The position numbers were made by a program, and so were the translations under genes. Under the pieces are notes generated by a model. It ran no database searches and was not told the origin of the DNA. It saw only the letters and a list, made by a program, of their open reading frames with translations. A DNA stretch of 64,000 bases from Nageia nagi (lineage: Eukaryota; Plantae; Pinophyta), in the NCBI GenBank assembly GCA_050084985.1, contig JBITNC010000001.1, forward strand, positions 117,366,001-117,430,000, written 5' to 3'. Positions within the stretch are counted from its first letter, which is position 1; the number at the start of each line of letters is the position of its first letter. Shown here one piece after another: positions 1-13,122 of this stretch.

Positions 1-2399
1 CTTACCTTCCATGCGTACAACTAACATGTCCATCATTCTATGTATTGCACTAACTAGAGCTTAAGTGAATCAACAAGGGCTTAGCCTCTATGTTGTACAT
101 GATTAAAGGAGTCAAAAAGCCCATCTCATTTCCTTGGATTTTCAACCAACAAACTATGTCCACCTTGCACAAGTAATCACCTATGGTTCCACTTTTGAAT
201 TGTTTCCAATCCATGACTCTAGTAAGTAACCATTTTTTTGGCTAAAGCACATTCCCAGGATGCTTGCTCAACCTTGGAACGTCTTGAACACACAAGCCTA
301 ATAAAGAATCCAACACATGGAAGTTTACACAATATGGATACCCATTCACCAAAGATTATCATGCCTCAAACATGCCTTGCCTAATCCATGCCCAATCCAT
401 GAATCTAGCACCCATTTTAGTCATGTGATTGTGAGCATTGTCATTATGAATACTTGGCATCTCGATTTCACTAAGGAAACCATTCTTTCCATGTGTGATC
501 CATTTACCCTTTCAGCTTTTTAACTTCTAGGATCATGTTCATGACTACCTTAATGGTGAATCTATGGTAACACACAAAGGGTAACATTCACCAATGCCCA
601 CTATAGTGCATTGACCTAGGAGGGAGGGGTCGATAAGAACCACCAACTAGCCACATACAAAGGAAGGCCTTAGAGATGCACCATCTTGTTAGAAGCACCT
701 TGAGAAATGATCACCCTAATCTAGAGATATGGTTCTAATTGACCACCATATACACAAGCACATGCACACAATGGTGATAACATTGCTTTGTCCCCATAAA
801 ACTATATGACTACATCTAATATAGATTATTTATCCACTAGCCTTCATGCTTCTAGGGTGAGCAAGGGGTTTCTAATTATCAAACACCATAGTACCATGTT
901 CTTGGAAAAGAAATGACCCATTTATCCACTCAGGTAACTCAACAACCCCATGTACATTCGTACTAGGTAAGTTGGGAGCACAGAACCATCTCACATAAAC
1001 TGATCTAGCCACTAGGTTTCCTTATGGGATTTTGCCAACAACATGACTAGTAACCAACTTCACCAACCATTTCACACACAGCTCAACTAGATGCACCTCA
1101 TAAGGAATGCCCATAATATGCCACAAAGTACAATCCCATGTAGCTCGGTCTTAAGGTAACATTGCTAGCTCTAAGTACATCAATAGGTTTCATCCCTTTA
1201 GAATATTTGCTAACACACCATGATAACTAGGTCGTAGTATTCCATGTCACACTTGGCACTCCACTCTCTGTTCCCTTTGTTGATCCTTCGACATAACCAA
1301 GTTTCCCCTAGGCACACTAACGAGTTCCCAAGATATGAAGTTTGAGATTTCCTTACCACTAGTGGCACTCTACTTGTTGACTCATGTGCTTTACTATTAC
1401 CAACAAAACCTATCTCATACATATATCAAGGTATTTCACCTTGGCATCAACATTTCCATTATGGTCTCCAATGAGTCAACTAGGATGTCCCTGAACTAGC
1501 TATGGTCATCTGACCAAGTTGACCATGGTTTCTCCCAAACCTTTCTTGGCATCCATCAAGTTAACCATAGTTCATCTAAGGCATCATCATGAAAAACAAA
1601 ACACATACCTATTGTGAAATAAAATTAATACCTATCAAAGAGGTTTTAGCATCAAAGGGACCAACCCATACTTTAAATAAAGGAATAATTGGGGATCACT
1701 TGACACCTATTTGGTTTGTTCATTACTACCCTAAGATGACATGAATTGGACCCCTAAATAATATTCCACCTCATACTCCATGGACAAGGCTAGCAACAAC
1801 CTAATAGGAATGCCTAACCAACCATTGGGTACTCCCATATTTGCCTAGCCTGTATGGTATGAGCTTGACATGGTCTGATTGAACTACCCCACCTTAGGCA
1901 CTGAGGCATGGGAATCACCCCTTCAATGCACACTCTTTGAGCTTTGAGATGTGGATCATGATACTATGGCTATTAGTATCCCATTATGTTCATCATACCC
2001 TGGTTAGCCATGGATGCACATCGACCTACCTAGCCTCTACTGCCCATTGGAACTCACCTTTTCATATTATCATCCACTTTAAACTAGTGGTGACTTGACA
2101 CCAGGTAAGCTAGGAAGATGCACATCCATGTGCTCCTTAGATCCAACATATTGTATTTGAGTACATATGTAGAATTCTTAAGGATTTTATTTGGAACATG
2201 GTAGCCAAATGCCATATCTGATAAAATGATTGAACCACATAAGGTATCCTAGATAGTCAAGATAGGAAAAATTCTTCAATGCCAAGGACTCAACCTTAAT
2301 CGATTACCATCTAAACTATCTCATAAAACTTATTTTTCTAACCACTAGTAGCATCGGTTAACATAAGGGTCTGTGGTCATGCTCTTTCCTTTTGCCACA
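1..2399. repeat. ~2.58-kb tandem repeat unit (R2.6), nearly one full unit
   Basis: Colinear with 16950-19390, 27130-29560 and 61320-63740. Shared motifs include GACCTAGGAGGGAGGGGTC, ATGGTGATAACATT and AAAGAGGTTTTAGC. Confidence 0.9.
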
Positions 2400-2401
2400 C
2401 A

Positions 2402-2830
2402 TTAATGAGGTTAATCGAGCATCATCCATATCCAGGTTAATCAAATGAATCTTAGACTACACATAACTACCACATGTTAGTCAATATATGAGGTTAATCA
2501 AATGTTGGTTAATCTTGCATAATCGAAAGGTATTTAGATCAAACTAATTGAAATGTTAATCAAATGATGCTTAGACTACACATCATTACCACATGTTAGT
2601 CGATATCAAGGGTTAATCAAATGTTTGTTAATCTTGCATAATCAAAAAGTGTTTAGACCAAACTAATTGAATGACATTTCTAGAAAGGTTAATTGAACAT
2701 TGTTAATGAAGTTTGATTAATCCAAGATGGGCATGGGGGATGCATGTCATGATAGGCATGACCTGATGATCCATGCACATGAAGGGTTAAATGAAATGCG
2801 TTTAGTCATTGATAATTGAAGTTCGTATAA
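2402..2830. repeat. Block B: array of GGTTAATC(G/A)A motifs with an internal ~120-bp duplication
   Basis: More than 10 GGTTAATCRA/GTTAATTGA motifs. Sister copies at 19394-19830, 41490-42240 and 47080-47840. Confidence 0.85.
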
Positions 2831-3449
2831 CCCCATGGCATGGCTTGTTGGGTCATGTATACATATTGATGGAACAATGTGTTAAAATACAAGAGAAATT
2901 TTGAAAGCTAAATAACCGATGTCTTTTGTAAATATTATTTTGTGAAGACCATTTTAATAAATATGCTATTTGTTAAGACTATTTTAATAATTTTCCCTTA
3001 AATTAATGAAAAATCAATCTATATAAAGTAATTTTCATATAGCTACCAATGCTTGGTTTAGTTATAATAGGAGCTGATAGGCTATGTGAAATGAAACCCA
3101 TGCTGAAATTATATAGAGACAAGTTATGGGATGGAAACCCACACCACCATTGATGCTTTTGCCCAAATTTCCACCACTATGTTCTACTTGCTTCATTAGC
3201 ATGCCCCAAATAGTGACCTTCCAAACAACACAAATGAACAACCCCAACACTAGGGAAGAGCACCTTGTACTTGGTGCATTTTAGGGTTATTATATATGAT
3301 GATAATGATTCAAAACTTTTTAGTTACAAGAACATAAATAGATGAGTAAGAAATTATGAAAAATTTAAAGGGAGTCAACATTATTAAATCAAATTTTAAG
3401 AATCAACTTTATTAAGATAAATTTCAAGAATTGTAAAGTCGAAATGCAT

Positions 3450-6287
3450 AACTACTCTATCGTCTCCCTAGTATTCATGAAGTATTCCATTCAACCCCTA
3501 CATAAGTAGCTTAGAAGAAGTCAAATGTGTAGTAGCCGGATGATGTGGATATGACCATTCATAATGTATTCCAAAATCTCAAAATTCATGATAATTCACA
3601 ATGTACCCAACTTCAAAGGAACTCTCAACCTTCCCTAAATAGATAGTACATATTTCTTTTCAATGAAAGGAAGTTTATGTTGTACAAAATTTTCAAAAAG
3701 GTGATGTTAGATTCAAGTTGCTCTTCCTCATATAATTCACTATTTTTTATTGTGTGGAGAAGGTATCTGATCTATACTGTAAATTAAAAGTGGTCGAGTG
3801 GAAAACCTTTGCTTATTCTAATACATTGAATACCTATCATCTTGCAATTTTAAAACTCCTTGAGCTCTTTATTTTAGTGTATTGTTAGAAACTTGTTCGA
3901 ACTTGGATGTGTTGAACTATGTGTTACACTGAGGGGGGGTGAATCAATGTCTTTAACTTTAAAACTTCAAACCTAAAAACTTTAAATAGTGCAATTGAAA
4001 GATAAAACTAAATATAGCAAACACATAAGAAAATATCACATAACATAATATATAACAAGGTTCACCAATGTGGCTACATCCCTGAATAAGATTGCTTAGA
4101 ATCTAATCCAAATCTAGCCATTATAAAGCACCAACTTTACACATAATTTACCAGCACCAACTAGAAGGAGCACCAACCCTTAAGTTCTACAACACCAACT
4201 ACAAGGAGCACCAACTCCTCTTACCAAGCACCCACTTGACAAATTCAATAAGATATGATGAAGGATTAATAACCAATTACCTAAGACCCAGAATGATCTA
4301 GCTCAAAATACTTCTACACACAACCACAAATTGAATCTATATTTTTAATATTTCCTTCTCATTCCAAAAAATCACCATACTCTTTTGTAGCTTCAACCCT
4401 TTTATTCATACTCACTCACTCTTCAAACCTATCAGTTGAAAAACCCCAAAACGGAATAAGAAACTATTCTTGAAACCATTGGAAGAACTATCATTATTCA
4501 AATTAAGAAAATATTTCACATTTTGATTCAAAATTGATATGATTTCTCACACATATTTAAAACTCTCAACACTTGTAGAACTATAAAGAAATCATTCATT
4601 GTAGACACATCTATTACTCACACATACTTCACACATAGCTCAAAATCATACTACAATACCAATACACAAACCCAAAAAAATTCAAATATTATAGAATTTG
4701 TTCATGATAATACATCGATTGCACTTAGAATGCATGTTCCAATTCCATATGACACAAAATGGTATTTTTATTTCTACATAGATCATCAATCATCTCTAAA
4801 AGCCTACATTTATATTTTATATCACTAAGACTCTCCAAACTCAATTAAGAGTGTAATATATTTTAATAAGAAATAAAAACATATACTCAAAAATCATAAT
4901 AAGCATTTTGTCAAACATTTCATTGCCAAACTAGGCTCAACAATTAGCCAAAATTTATGTCTTGTCATTTCATCAAACACTTATTAGGCACCCTTGTTCA
5001 TTAACTTCTAGACCTCGGATTGAGATGAACCAAAAACCAAAGTTATGAGATTTTTCATGCTGATTGTATATCTACAACCAAAAATCAAATATCTCAAATC
5101 AAACTCATGGAATTCCTCTTTTTCTTTGCTATCCCAAAAGTGCATCAAACTACAAAAAGTTACTAAGTGGCATTTTGTAACCTATACCATTTTTGCATTG
5201 ATTGCCTCCTTGATCTAAAATTTGGACCACATATATTAAATATATCCAACTACACTTTGTCAAAATTTGAAGCTCTAACTCCTCATATTTTGCTCACAAC
5301 ACTTCTCGCAAAGTGGTCTTCGATAAAGATTTCACTGGTATTTTGTCAAATAATTCACATGCTTAGTTTTGTGCAAATTATAGATTCTCATACTTCAAGA
5401 TCTCAAATCAAGATGATTAAAAAGACAAAGTTGCTCATCTCAACTATTTCCATGACTTGGCCAAAATTTATTTTCAAAACTATAAAAAATTACAAAGTGG
5501 CATTTTGCAGCTTATACCATTTCTTCCTTGGTCATCATCTTACTATGCAATTTGGACCACATATTATTGGTATAAATTACTATATAAGATTTAAATTTCC
5601 ATCTCTGAATCAACACCATTTGCTTGTAATTTAACTTGCACAGAGCCAATTTCACCCAAATTTTTGACTGTTCAAAAATCTGTAAGTGTGCCCAAAAAAG
5701 AACCAACATGAAATTTGACCATTCCAATGCTGCACACAAGTTTGTTATCAATCCAACAACTTATTCAAGCCATCTCTGGTTGTCTTTCACCTTCCATTTG
5801 CATTTTGGCCCTCTTGACAACTTTTGGTACCTTATGATAACTTTGGTCCCTTTATTATTTTTGCGTCCGATAACTTTGCAAATCTTGTTGATATCATTTC
5901 TTTGACACATGCAACTATGTGAACCATATGCACACTGATGTCATCGTGTTGACAATTATAAAAACACCACTACATCGTACTCAATAGGATGAAATTAGAT
6001 ATGGTTTACGATTTTAAAGATGGAAGAATATGGCTTAGCAAAGAAACCGACTAGATGAAGCTTGGATTCCCAGTATGCCTTTGAATTTCTACTTGCTTTG
6101 AAATTTTTTGCACACTCCATCAAATAAACTGCATTATAATTACCAAAGCATTTTATCTGAAGGAAATGGAATTTAATTATCCAAGAGAGTAAGTGGAGAT
6201 TAGGTAAGCTGAAGTGATAAATGGTCAGATTGGTATCTGACTCTCAGAGGATTTTGTGTTATGAATTGAGAAGTATAATCACAAGTA
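3450..6287. pseudogene. Block C: decayed coding-like sequence of unknown identity (weakly LRR-like on +), interrupted by the solo LTR at 3910-5986
   Basis: Sister copies at 20450-20783 and 48380-48701 + 55103-55502. One + frame reads through several C>T-type stops (MYPTSKELSTF...ELSSCNFKTL*ALYFS...CLNLDEI). ORF 20592-20783 is the same frame. The minus strand also has long readable stretches, so the strand is uncertain. Confidence 0.25.
3910..5986 (-). mobile_element. Solo LTR (2.08 kb), Copia/Sirevirus-like
   Basis: Termini TGTTGA...TCAATA (decayed TCAACA). 5-bp TSD GGATG at 3905-3909 and 5987-5991. Empty site ACTTGGATGAAATTAG near 55194. GAGGGGGGGTGAAT motif near the left end, as in reverse-oriented SIRE-type LTRs. 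Internal ~330-bp duplication (5165 vs 5496). Confidence 0.88.
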
Positions 6288-6758
6288 TGTTGGGTGTGGA
6301 GAATGATAAGAGTTTAGCTAAGGGAACTTATTGTTAAGTCATTTAATGCATGGGTTTAGTTGACATGAATCTTCAATTCCTAGATGGATATACATTCCAG
6401 TAGTTGCACGATTGAGGATGAAAATTCTTATATATAGAATTTGTGTAATGAAAAATATAGTTTGAAATGAGTGCATTCTATTTTGAGGGTTTGAGAGGAG
6501 AGAAAATGTATGAGAGGAATTCATTATGTTTTCATTGAGGAAGGATTGTAGCTTTGCTATAGGATTGGATCCCAACCATTGAAGGAAGATACAAAGAGTG
6601 AAATTCTTTAGGGGATGTAGCCCATATATTGGGTGAACCTCTTACATGCTTGTGTTATCTGTATTTCTCTATGTGAATTCTATTTTGTTTCTCTTCTATA
6701 GCTAGAAATCTGAATATTTGCTCCAAAGACTATTTTATTTAATTGGTAAAAACTAACA
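6288..6758 (+). mobile_element. Solo LTR of the gag-only Copia element
   Basis: TGTTGG...CTAACA termini with TSD AAGTA at 6283-6287 and 6759-6763. Homologous to both LTRs of 42328-44645, with the same flanks. Confidence 0.92.
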
Positions 6759-7639
6759 AAGTAGAAATATAATCATAATTATAGATACCTAGTTATATGT
6801 TTTATTTTGAAGTTTACAAATATAAGTAAACTTATATTTAGACTTCACATATTTAATCACTTAACATATATTTATTGACTGTTTGATCTATTGAACATGA
6901 CTTTGAATTAGATTTTGAATATCCTATATCTAGTTGTAATATCTTTTTTCTATAGGTGATATATTTTTGCATATTTGAATTGGGTGAATTCAAATATACC
7001 TTACTTACATTGAAAGGTAATTCATTTGGGATAATTTGAAACATACCATTAGGACCTTGCAACATATCTATATCTAGGATTTTTATTTATATATGTACTC
7101 CATCTTCTTTCATTCATCCATATTAGAATTGCATGTAGATTTACTTAAACATAATTTATACTTATTTAAAATTATAATTGTTTATTATTTAAATGTAATC
7201 AAATACTTTTAAAACATCAAAGCTTCTTTAATTGAAGAATTCTATCTTTAACTATTTTGTATTTTTGATATGAATTCTATTATCTTCATAAGTTCAACAT
7301 AAATTACTCTTATTTTTTTAAAACTTTGTTAAATTAAAACCTTTTATCATATATTAAGAGAAAGTAGATATTCTATCATCCATATCAATTTTTTTTTAAT
7401 ATTTAAAAGAAACCCTCGTAATTCAAGTTTCTTAATATTATCCTCAGAGTAAATATGAAATGGAACAAAAACAAAGTGAAATTATAGTAAAGCTATAGCA
7501 AGCTGGTGACTAGTAAGACAATTTCAAAACCAAAGAATATTACGAATATATTTTGATTTAGTTGCACACCATCATTCCCAACGAGTCAATTATACAGCTT
7601 TGATTTTGATTTTGAACTTTGTGTTTTTAATTCATTCCC

Positions 7640-7765
7640 ATATTATGCAATGGAATTGCATTTTTTTTTTCATGTAGAAGCATTTTTATTGGCTTAAAAG
7701 ACGACTCTTGTTACATATAAATCACGTGATACGGCAAGGGAGTTGAATGTTTATGTTTATATTAA
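7640..7765 (+). promoter_or_regulatory. Block E: ATGCAAT-GGA-ATTGCAT stem-loop + poly-T, then TATAAAT, ACGT core and CGGCA(C/A)GGG imperfect hairpin
   Basis: Seen in six copies (7640, 23570, 24575 partial, 31975, 45550, 58280). Function is unresolved: promoter or Helitron terminator. Confidence 0.4.
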
Positions 7766-8070
7766 TTTATTCATGCTCATGAAAAGAATAGGAGAGGCTT
7801 AAGGCAAAGGATAAGAAGGAATGAATTATAGAAATGTATTATGTGAAAATTTGTTAAAGGATTTTTTTTGGTTAGATTTTTTTTCCTTTATTACTTTATA
7901 ATTTGATAAAATTTAAGGTAATTTGATTTAGAGTATGTATTATATTTTTAAAAGAAATGATATTAAAAAAAAATGAATTATTTTTAATAGATATATGAAT
8001 ATCGTCCTTTGTAAAATTAGTTTTTCATTCTCTTAAATTTTATGCTTCTTTTATCTTTAGTAATTTGCAG

Positions 8071-8340
8071 AATAGTAATTGGAATTTGATGTGTAGCAGT
8101 TTCTTGATAATTATCAAACCACATCAAATAAATATTAAAATGAAGATTGCTTTGAATGAAGGATCATATTATATAATAAACCAATTCATTGTTATAGTTA
8201 AAATTCAAGTTGTATGTCAAAGATAATATGATGATGATGAAATATGGATCTTTAAATATGCTTTTATGTAGTCATTGACAAATGTATTTAATGATATGAA
8301 TCAAGGATTAGATATTAAGGGATGAGAATTACATTCAAGC
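8071..8340 (+). pseudogene. RPA1/DUF223 OB-fold-like pseudo-exon (block F)
   Basis: TTTGCAG acceptor at ~8064-8070, then ...IIKPHQINIKMKIALNEGSYYIINQFIV, resembling the LxEGxxYxIxxFxV strand of RPA70-type OB folds. In-frame stops present. Confidence 0.5.
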
Positions 8341-9040
8341 CCATAAGATGATTTTAGTCTCATACAATATTCTTAATGATCTAGAGAATAAAAAAATTAA
8401 TAGATGGATTAATATGAAAAATCAAGTGATAAATACCATCAAGTAACATTAACTAAAGAAGAGGATGATAAAATGGTACTTTCAATATTTAAGGATTCTA
8501 TACATATTAAAATAATAATAAATTAGTTTGAAAACATTTAGGATATTTATGTAAAGGTAATATTAATGAATCTTATTATTCTAAATATACAATAGTGGTT
8601 TTTAAAATTACATTATTGGATTTTAGATTTGTAATTTAGGTCTCCTTATTACTATAAATTATCAAAGATCAAATAAATATGATCGCAAAAAAGTATATTT
8701 GAAATGCTATAAGCTTATTTTATGTTTGACTCTCTCAATATATGATCAAAACCACTTAATCTCAAATTTTGGTCTTAGAAAATAATAAAAATATAATACA
8801 AGTGCTAATAACATATAAGAAGAAATATAAATAGATAATGAACTAATTTGTATGAAAAAATATTTTTAAATAAGATAAACTAGGTGTGGAGAACTCAAAT
8901 GTATGTAATATAAATATATGTCAGCCAAATTTTAATAATTCAATTAAAAATAATAATATTTGGTTAAAAAGAAAATAAAAAAGAAAAATAAAAATCTAGC
9001 TTAGATATCTTACATTTAAGTCAGAAAATACTGAGAGATG

Positions 9041-10093
9041 CAGCGTGAATGCAAGAAGTTGGGTCCACTTCAAGGGGAAGTGGAGAAAATTTGTTAAATA
9101 AAAACTCAAAGTCAAAACAATCAAGATCCTGATTTTAATAAAATTAAAACCAAGATCCCGATTTAGGTTCCCGATATTTAAAGTAAAAAAAGTACAAATA
9201 TCTAAGTTGAGATCCCAATTTTAATTCATTAATATCAAGATCCTAATATTTCAATCTACAGTTTTGCCTTAGATTTAGGGTCAAAAATGTGGCTTCGTTA
9301 ACCAACATTTAGCCTTGGACCTGCAAGTATTGTTCATGGTAAGTTTAATGGAAAATCTCAACTTCATGCATACATTTTATGGAGTTTTTGATAGAATTAT
9401 TTTATGAAATTAAAACCCATTATAGATTAAAGAGTGTAGATTTCAAATATATAATTTGTTTTACAATTGGATAAAGTTTATATTTTTTAATTATTTTTTA
9501 GTAAATGTGGTCCATATGCTTGAAATATGAGGGTCTCGTATTTTCTTAATAATTTTTATTTTTGATGGAGTTTTGAAAAACAAATTATACAAGGACAAGC
9601 TTCATAGAATTCTTTATAAGAATAAAAAAATTTGAAAAAGGATTAAGTTTAGATCAAATTATGGTGAATAGACACGAGTACTTTTTGAAACCACAAACAT
9701 GCTCGGTACAAAATTAATAAAAAAACTATTTATTCAAAAATTATAGAAAAATATGCAAAACAAGCTCTAATGTGTTAGGTATATTTTCCTAAAATGATTT
9801 TAAAAAATACCTTGATTTTAGTTAAATTATGGTGAATGGACACGTGTATGGTATGGTCTATTTTTTTTTTTTTTAAAGTGATTTTTTTCATCCTATCGAA
9901 TTTTAAATTCTATGATCTGGGTATTGGAAAACATTATATATTTATAAATTAGACTCTTATGACTACATTTTCACCTTAGTGATCTTTTTCATGATTCTAT
10001 GTCTAATTGCTTCAATTTTAGAGATCAATCATACCCAAACTTGAAAATCAAGAAAAACACTTCCACTTTTTGGCCTTAAAGTGCACCCACTCG
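9041..10093. mobile_element. Non-autonomous TIR DNA transposon (~1.05 kb)
   Basis: Left end GTGAATGCAAGAAGTTGGGTCCACTTCAAG is the inverse of the right end CTTAAAGTGCACCCAACTTCTTGCACCCAC (complete in the 15190-15224 copy, partly deleted here). Absent from sister sites near 25905 and 59555. No TSD found. Confidence 0.78.
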
Positions 10094-11240
10094 ACATCTA
10101 TCTTGAATATATTGATACCTCTTGACATTTTTAGATATATATCTAAGATATCTAAGCTAATTATTGTAGTAAAGAAAGATATCGTGTTATAATCTTCTAT
10201 TATCTATTTATCATGTTATGTTTCATATTTATTTGAAATTTATTAAGTTCTTTAAACTGATTTGAGTGGATTCAACATGATCATTTTTCAAGAAGTTTGA
10301 CTAAGAGTGTTGTAATAAATTTCTTCCATTAGGTAAACATCATATATATTAATTAGGATTGATCATCTTATATTTGACAACAAGTATTAGTGAACCCTCA
10401 TATGTCCCTTTCTTATTTAAAGGGATCTAAGGCTTTATTAGAGGCTTACATCTATTCTTTATTTTACTCTTTTTACATCCAATTATAGTTCAACTTCTGT
10501 CTATTTCAATGGGGCAAAAGTAGAAACTTAATTATATATTTTATTTTAGATTTTATAAATATATAGAAATTTAAATTTAGATTTTATATATTTATTTACT
10601 TAACATATATTTATTCATTATTTGATCTGTTGAACATGAATTTGAATTAAATTTTGAATATCCTAGACCTATTTTTAACATCTTCTTTGTATGGGTGATT
10701 AACATGATTTTGTATAGTTCAGTTGGGTAAATTAAAATGTACCCTATGTACATTGAAAGGTACTTCATTTGGGATCTTTTAAGAAATATCATTAGTATGT
10801 TGCACCATATCTAAGATTGTTTATCTTGATTTACTTTCCATTTTGTTACATTCATCTAAGTTAGAATTGCATTTAGATTTATTTAAACATAATTTAGATT
10901 TATTTAAAATTATATATTTTTTTATTATTTAAATTTAATCAAGTCCTTTTAAAACTTCAAAGCTTCTCTAATTGCAGAATCATATCTTTAACTATTTTAC
11001 ATTATTTTTAAAATGAGCAAACTTTATATTAAAAATATTGCATTTTTTATATAACTTTATGCATTCAACATAAATTATTCTTGCTTAAATATTATATCTT
11101 TAAAAAATTTATTAAATTAAAAAATATTTAGCATATATTAAAAGAAAATAGATATCCTATCATCAATATCAATTGTTTTTCTTCAAAAGAAACCCTCATA
11201 ATCCAATTTTCTTAACATTATCCATAAAGTAAAATTAAAA

Positions 11241-13122
11241 GCCCACCATTTCTATCATACCTTAGTGAGCCCTAAACTTACATCAGCTTGCTTGGCCTCT
11301 ATTGCCCATTAGAAATCACCCTATCATATTCTTCCCCACTTTAAACTGGTGGTGACCCGACACCAGGTAAGCTAGGAATATGCATGTCCATGTGCTCCTT
11401 GTATCCAGCATACCATGTTCAAATACGTGCATAAAAGTCCTAAGGGTTTTTCTGGTACCATGGCATCCAAATGCCATATCTGGTAGAAAGATTGACCCAC
11501 ACACAAGGCATCCCAGATAGTCAAGATAGCTAGACTTCTTCAATGCCAAGGACTCAAAAACTATCTAAACTATCTCATAAACCAATTTTTCTAACCAATA
11601 GCAGCATTGGTTAACACAAGGTTCCATGGTCACACTCTTTCCTTTTTCCACTAATCTCATCCATCCATATTCTTTACACTATGACCCATTTTTCCATCCA
11701 TAATTGGTACTAAAACTAGTTAACAAGGCTTCATGAAGACATTGCTTAAGTCAATAGTTTAGGCACTACCCAACTCAAGCCAAACTTACCTTGAAATAAC
11801 ACTCTTGCCTTCCATGCGTATGACTAATGAATTGGTCATTATGTATCGTTCACTAAACAAAGCTTACATGAATCAACACAAGCTCAGCCTCTATGTTTTA
11901 CATGACCAAAGGCATCAACAAACCCATCTCATTTACTTGGATTTTCAACCAACGAACTGTGTCCACCTAGCATAAGAAATCACCCATGGTTCCACTTTTG
12001 AGCTGGGTCCAATCCATGACTTTAGCAACCATTGTTCTGGCTAAGACACGTTCCCATGATGCCTTCTTAACCTTGGAACATATTAAATATACAAGCATAA
12101 TGATGGATCCAACACATGCAAGTTTACACAATATGGAGACCCGTTCACCTAAGATTATCATACCTCAAATGTGACCTACCTAAGCCATGCCCAATCCATG
12201 AATCTAGCACCAATTCTAGTTACGTGATTTTTAGCATCATCATTACAACTACTTGGCATCTCATTTTCACTAAGGCAACCATTCCTTCCATCAGTGATTC
12301 ATTTACCCTTTAGAATTTTCAACTTCTAGATTCGTGTTCATCACTACTTTTTCAATAAATCTTTAACAACATGCAAAGGGTAACATTCACCATTATCCAT
12401 TATAGTGTATTGACCTAGGAGGGAGGGGTCGATAAGAGCCACCAAACAACCACATACAAAGGAAGGCCCTAGAGATGCACCATCCCATTAGGAGCACCTT
12501 GAGAAATGATCATAGTAATCCAGAGCTATGGTTCAAATCAACCACCATATACATAAGCACGTGCAAACCATGGTGATAACATTATTTTGGCCAAACAAAC
12601 CTATATGACTATGTCTCATATAGATAGTTTACATCATTGTTTCCCTCCTAATGGATCTACGCTCACCACTTAGCCACTATCCTTCATTCTTCCAAGCTAA
12701 CCAAGGGTTTCTGATGATCAAGAAAAATAGTTATATTCTTGGAAAACCAATGACACATTTATCCACTCAAGTAGCACAACACCCCTACCATGTAGGTATG
12801 TACCATGCAAGTTGGGACCATGGAACCATCTCGCACAAATCAATCTAGCCATTGGTCCTCCATATGGGATCCACCCAACCATATGAGTAGTAACTAGCTT
12901 CATCAACCATTTCACACATCACTTGACTAGAGGCACCTCACAAGGAGTGCTCATAGTACCCCATAAAGTACAATCACATGTAGCTCACTCTTAAGGCAAC
13001 ATTGCTAGCTCCAAATCCTTAATAGGTTTCATCCCTTCAAAATATTTCCTAGCACAACATGATAACTAGTGTCACTCTGCTCGTTGATTCATGTGCTCGA
13101 CTATTACCAACAAACCTATCAC
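11241..13122. repeat. R2.6 repeat, partial unit
   Basis: Colinear with 16389-18400, with an internal deletion near 13070. Fused to a gag-only element fragment at ~13123. Confidence 0.9.

Larger units (their letters stand above)
6759..11240. repeat. AT-rich backbone unit D-E-F-G-D' (putative non-autonomous Helitron-derived)
   Basis: Colinear copies at 22678-26985, 44646-46155 (partial), 57357-60742 and 15225-16388 (G-D'). D (6759-7460) is paralogous to D' (10517-11240). Helitron origin is inferred. Confidence 0.8.

Noticed and set aside
1-2399. R2.6 as gypsy pol or rRNA pseudogene
   Set aside because: No RT, integrase, RNase H or rRNA conserved motifs were found by eye on either strand.
2402-2830. 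CRISPR-like repeat/spacer pattern in block B
   Set aside because: The motif is only ~10 bp, spacing is irregular, both orientations occur, no cas genes are present, and the context is a plant nuclear genome.
5167-5905. ORFs of 155, 79 and 89 aa
   Set aside because: They lie inside the solo LTR's internal repeats and have no domain motifs.
7490-7535. tRNA/SINE-like A box (TAGCAAGCTGG) and B box (TTTCAAAACC)
   Set aside because: Both are imperfect and only ~15 nt apart, and there is no cloverleaf.
7700-7745. snRNA promoter (USE + TATA) on the minus strand
   Set aside because: Poor match to RTCCCACATCG, wrong spacing, and no recognisable snRNA downstream.
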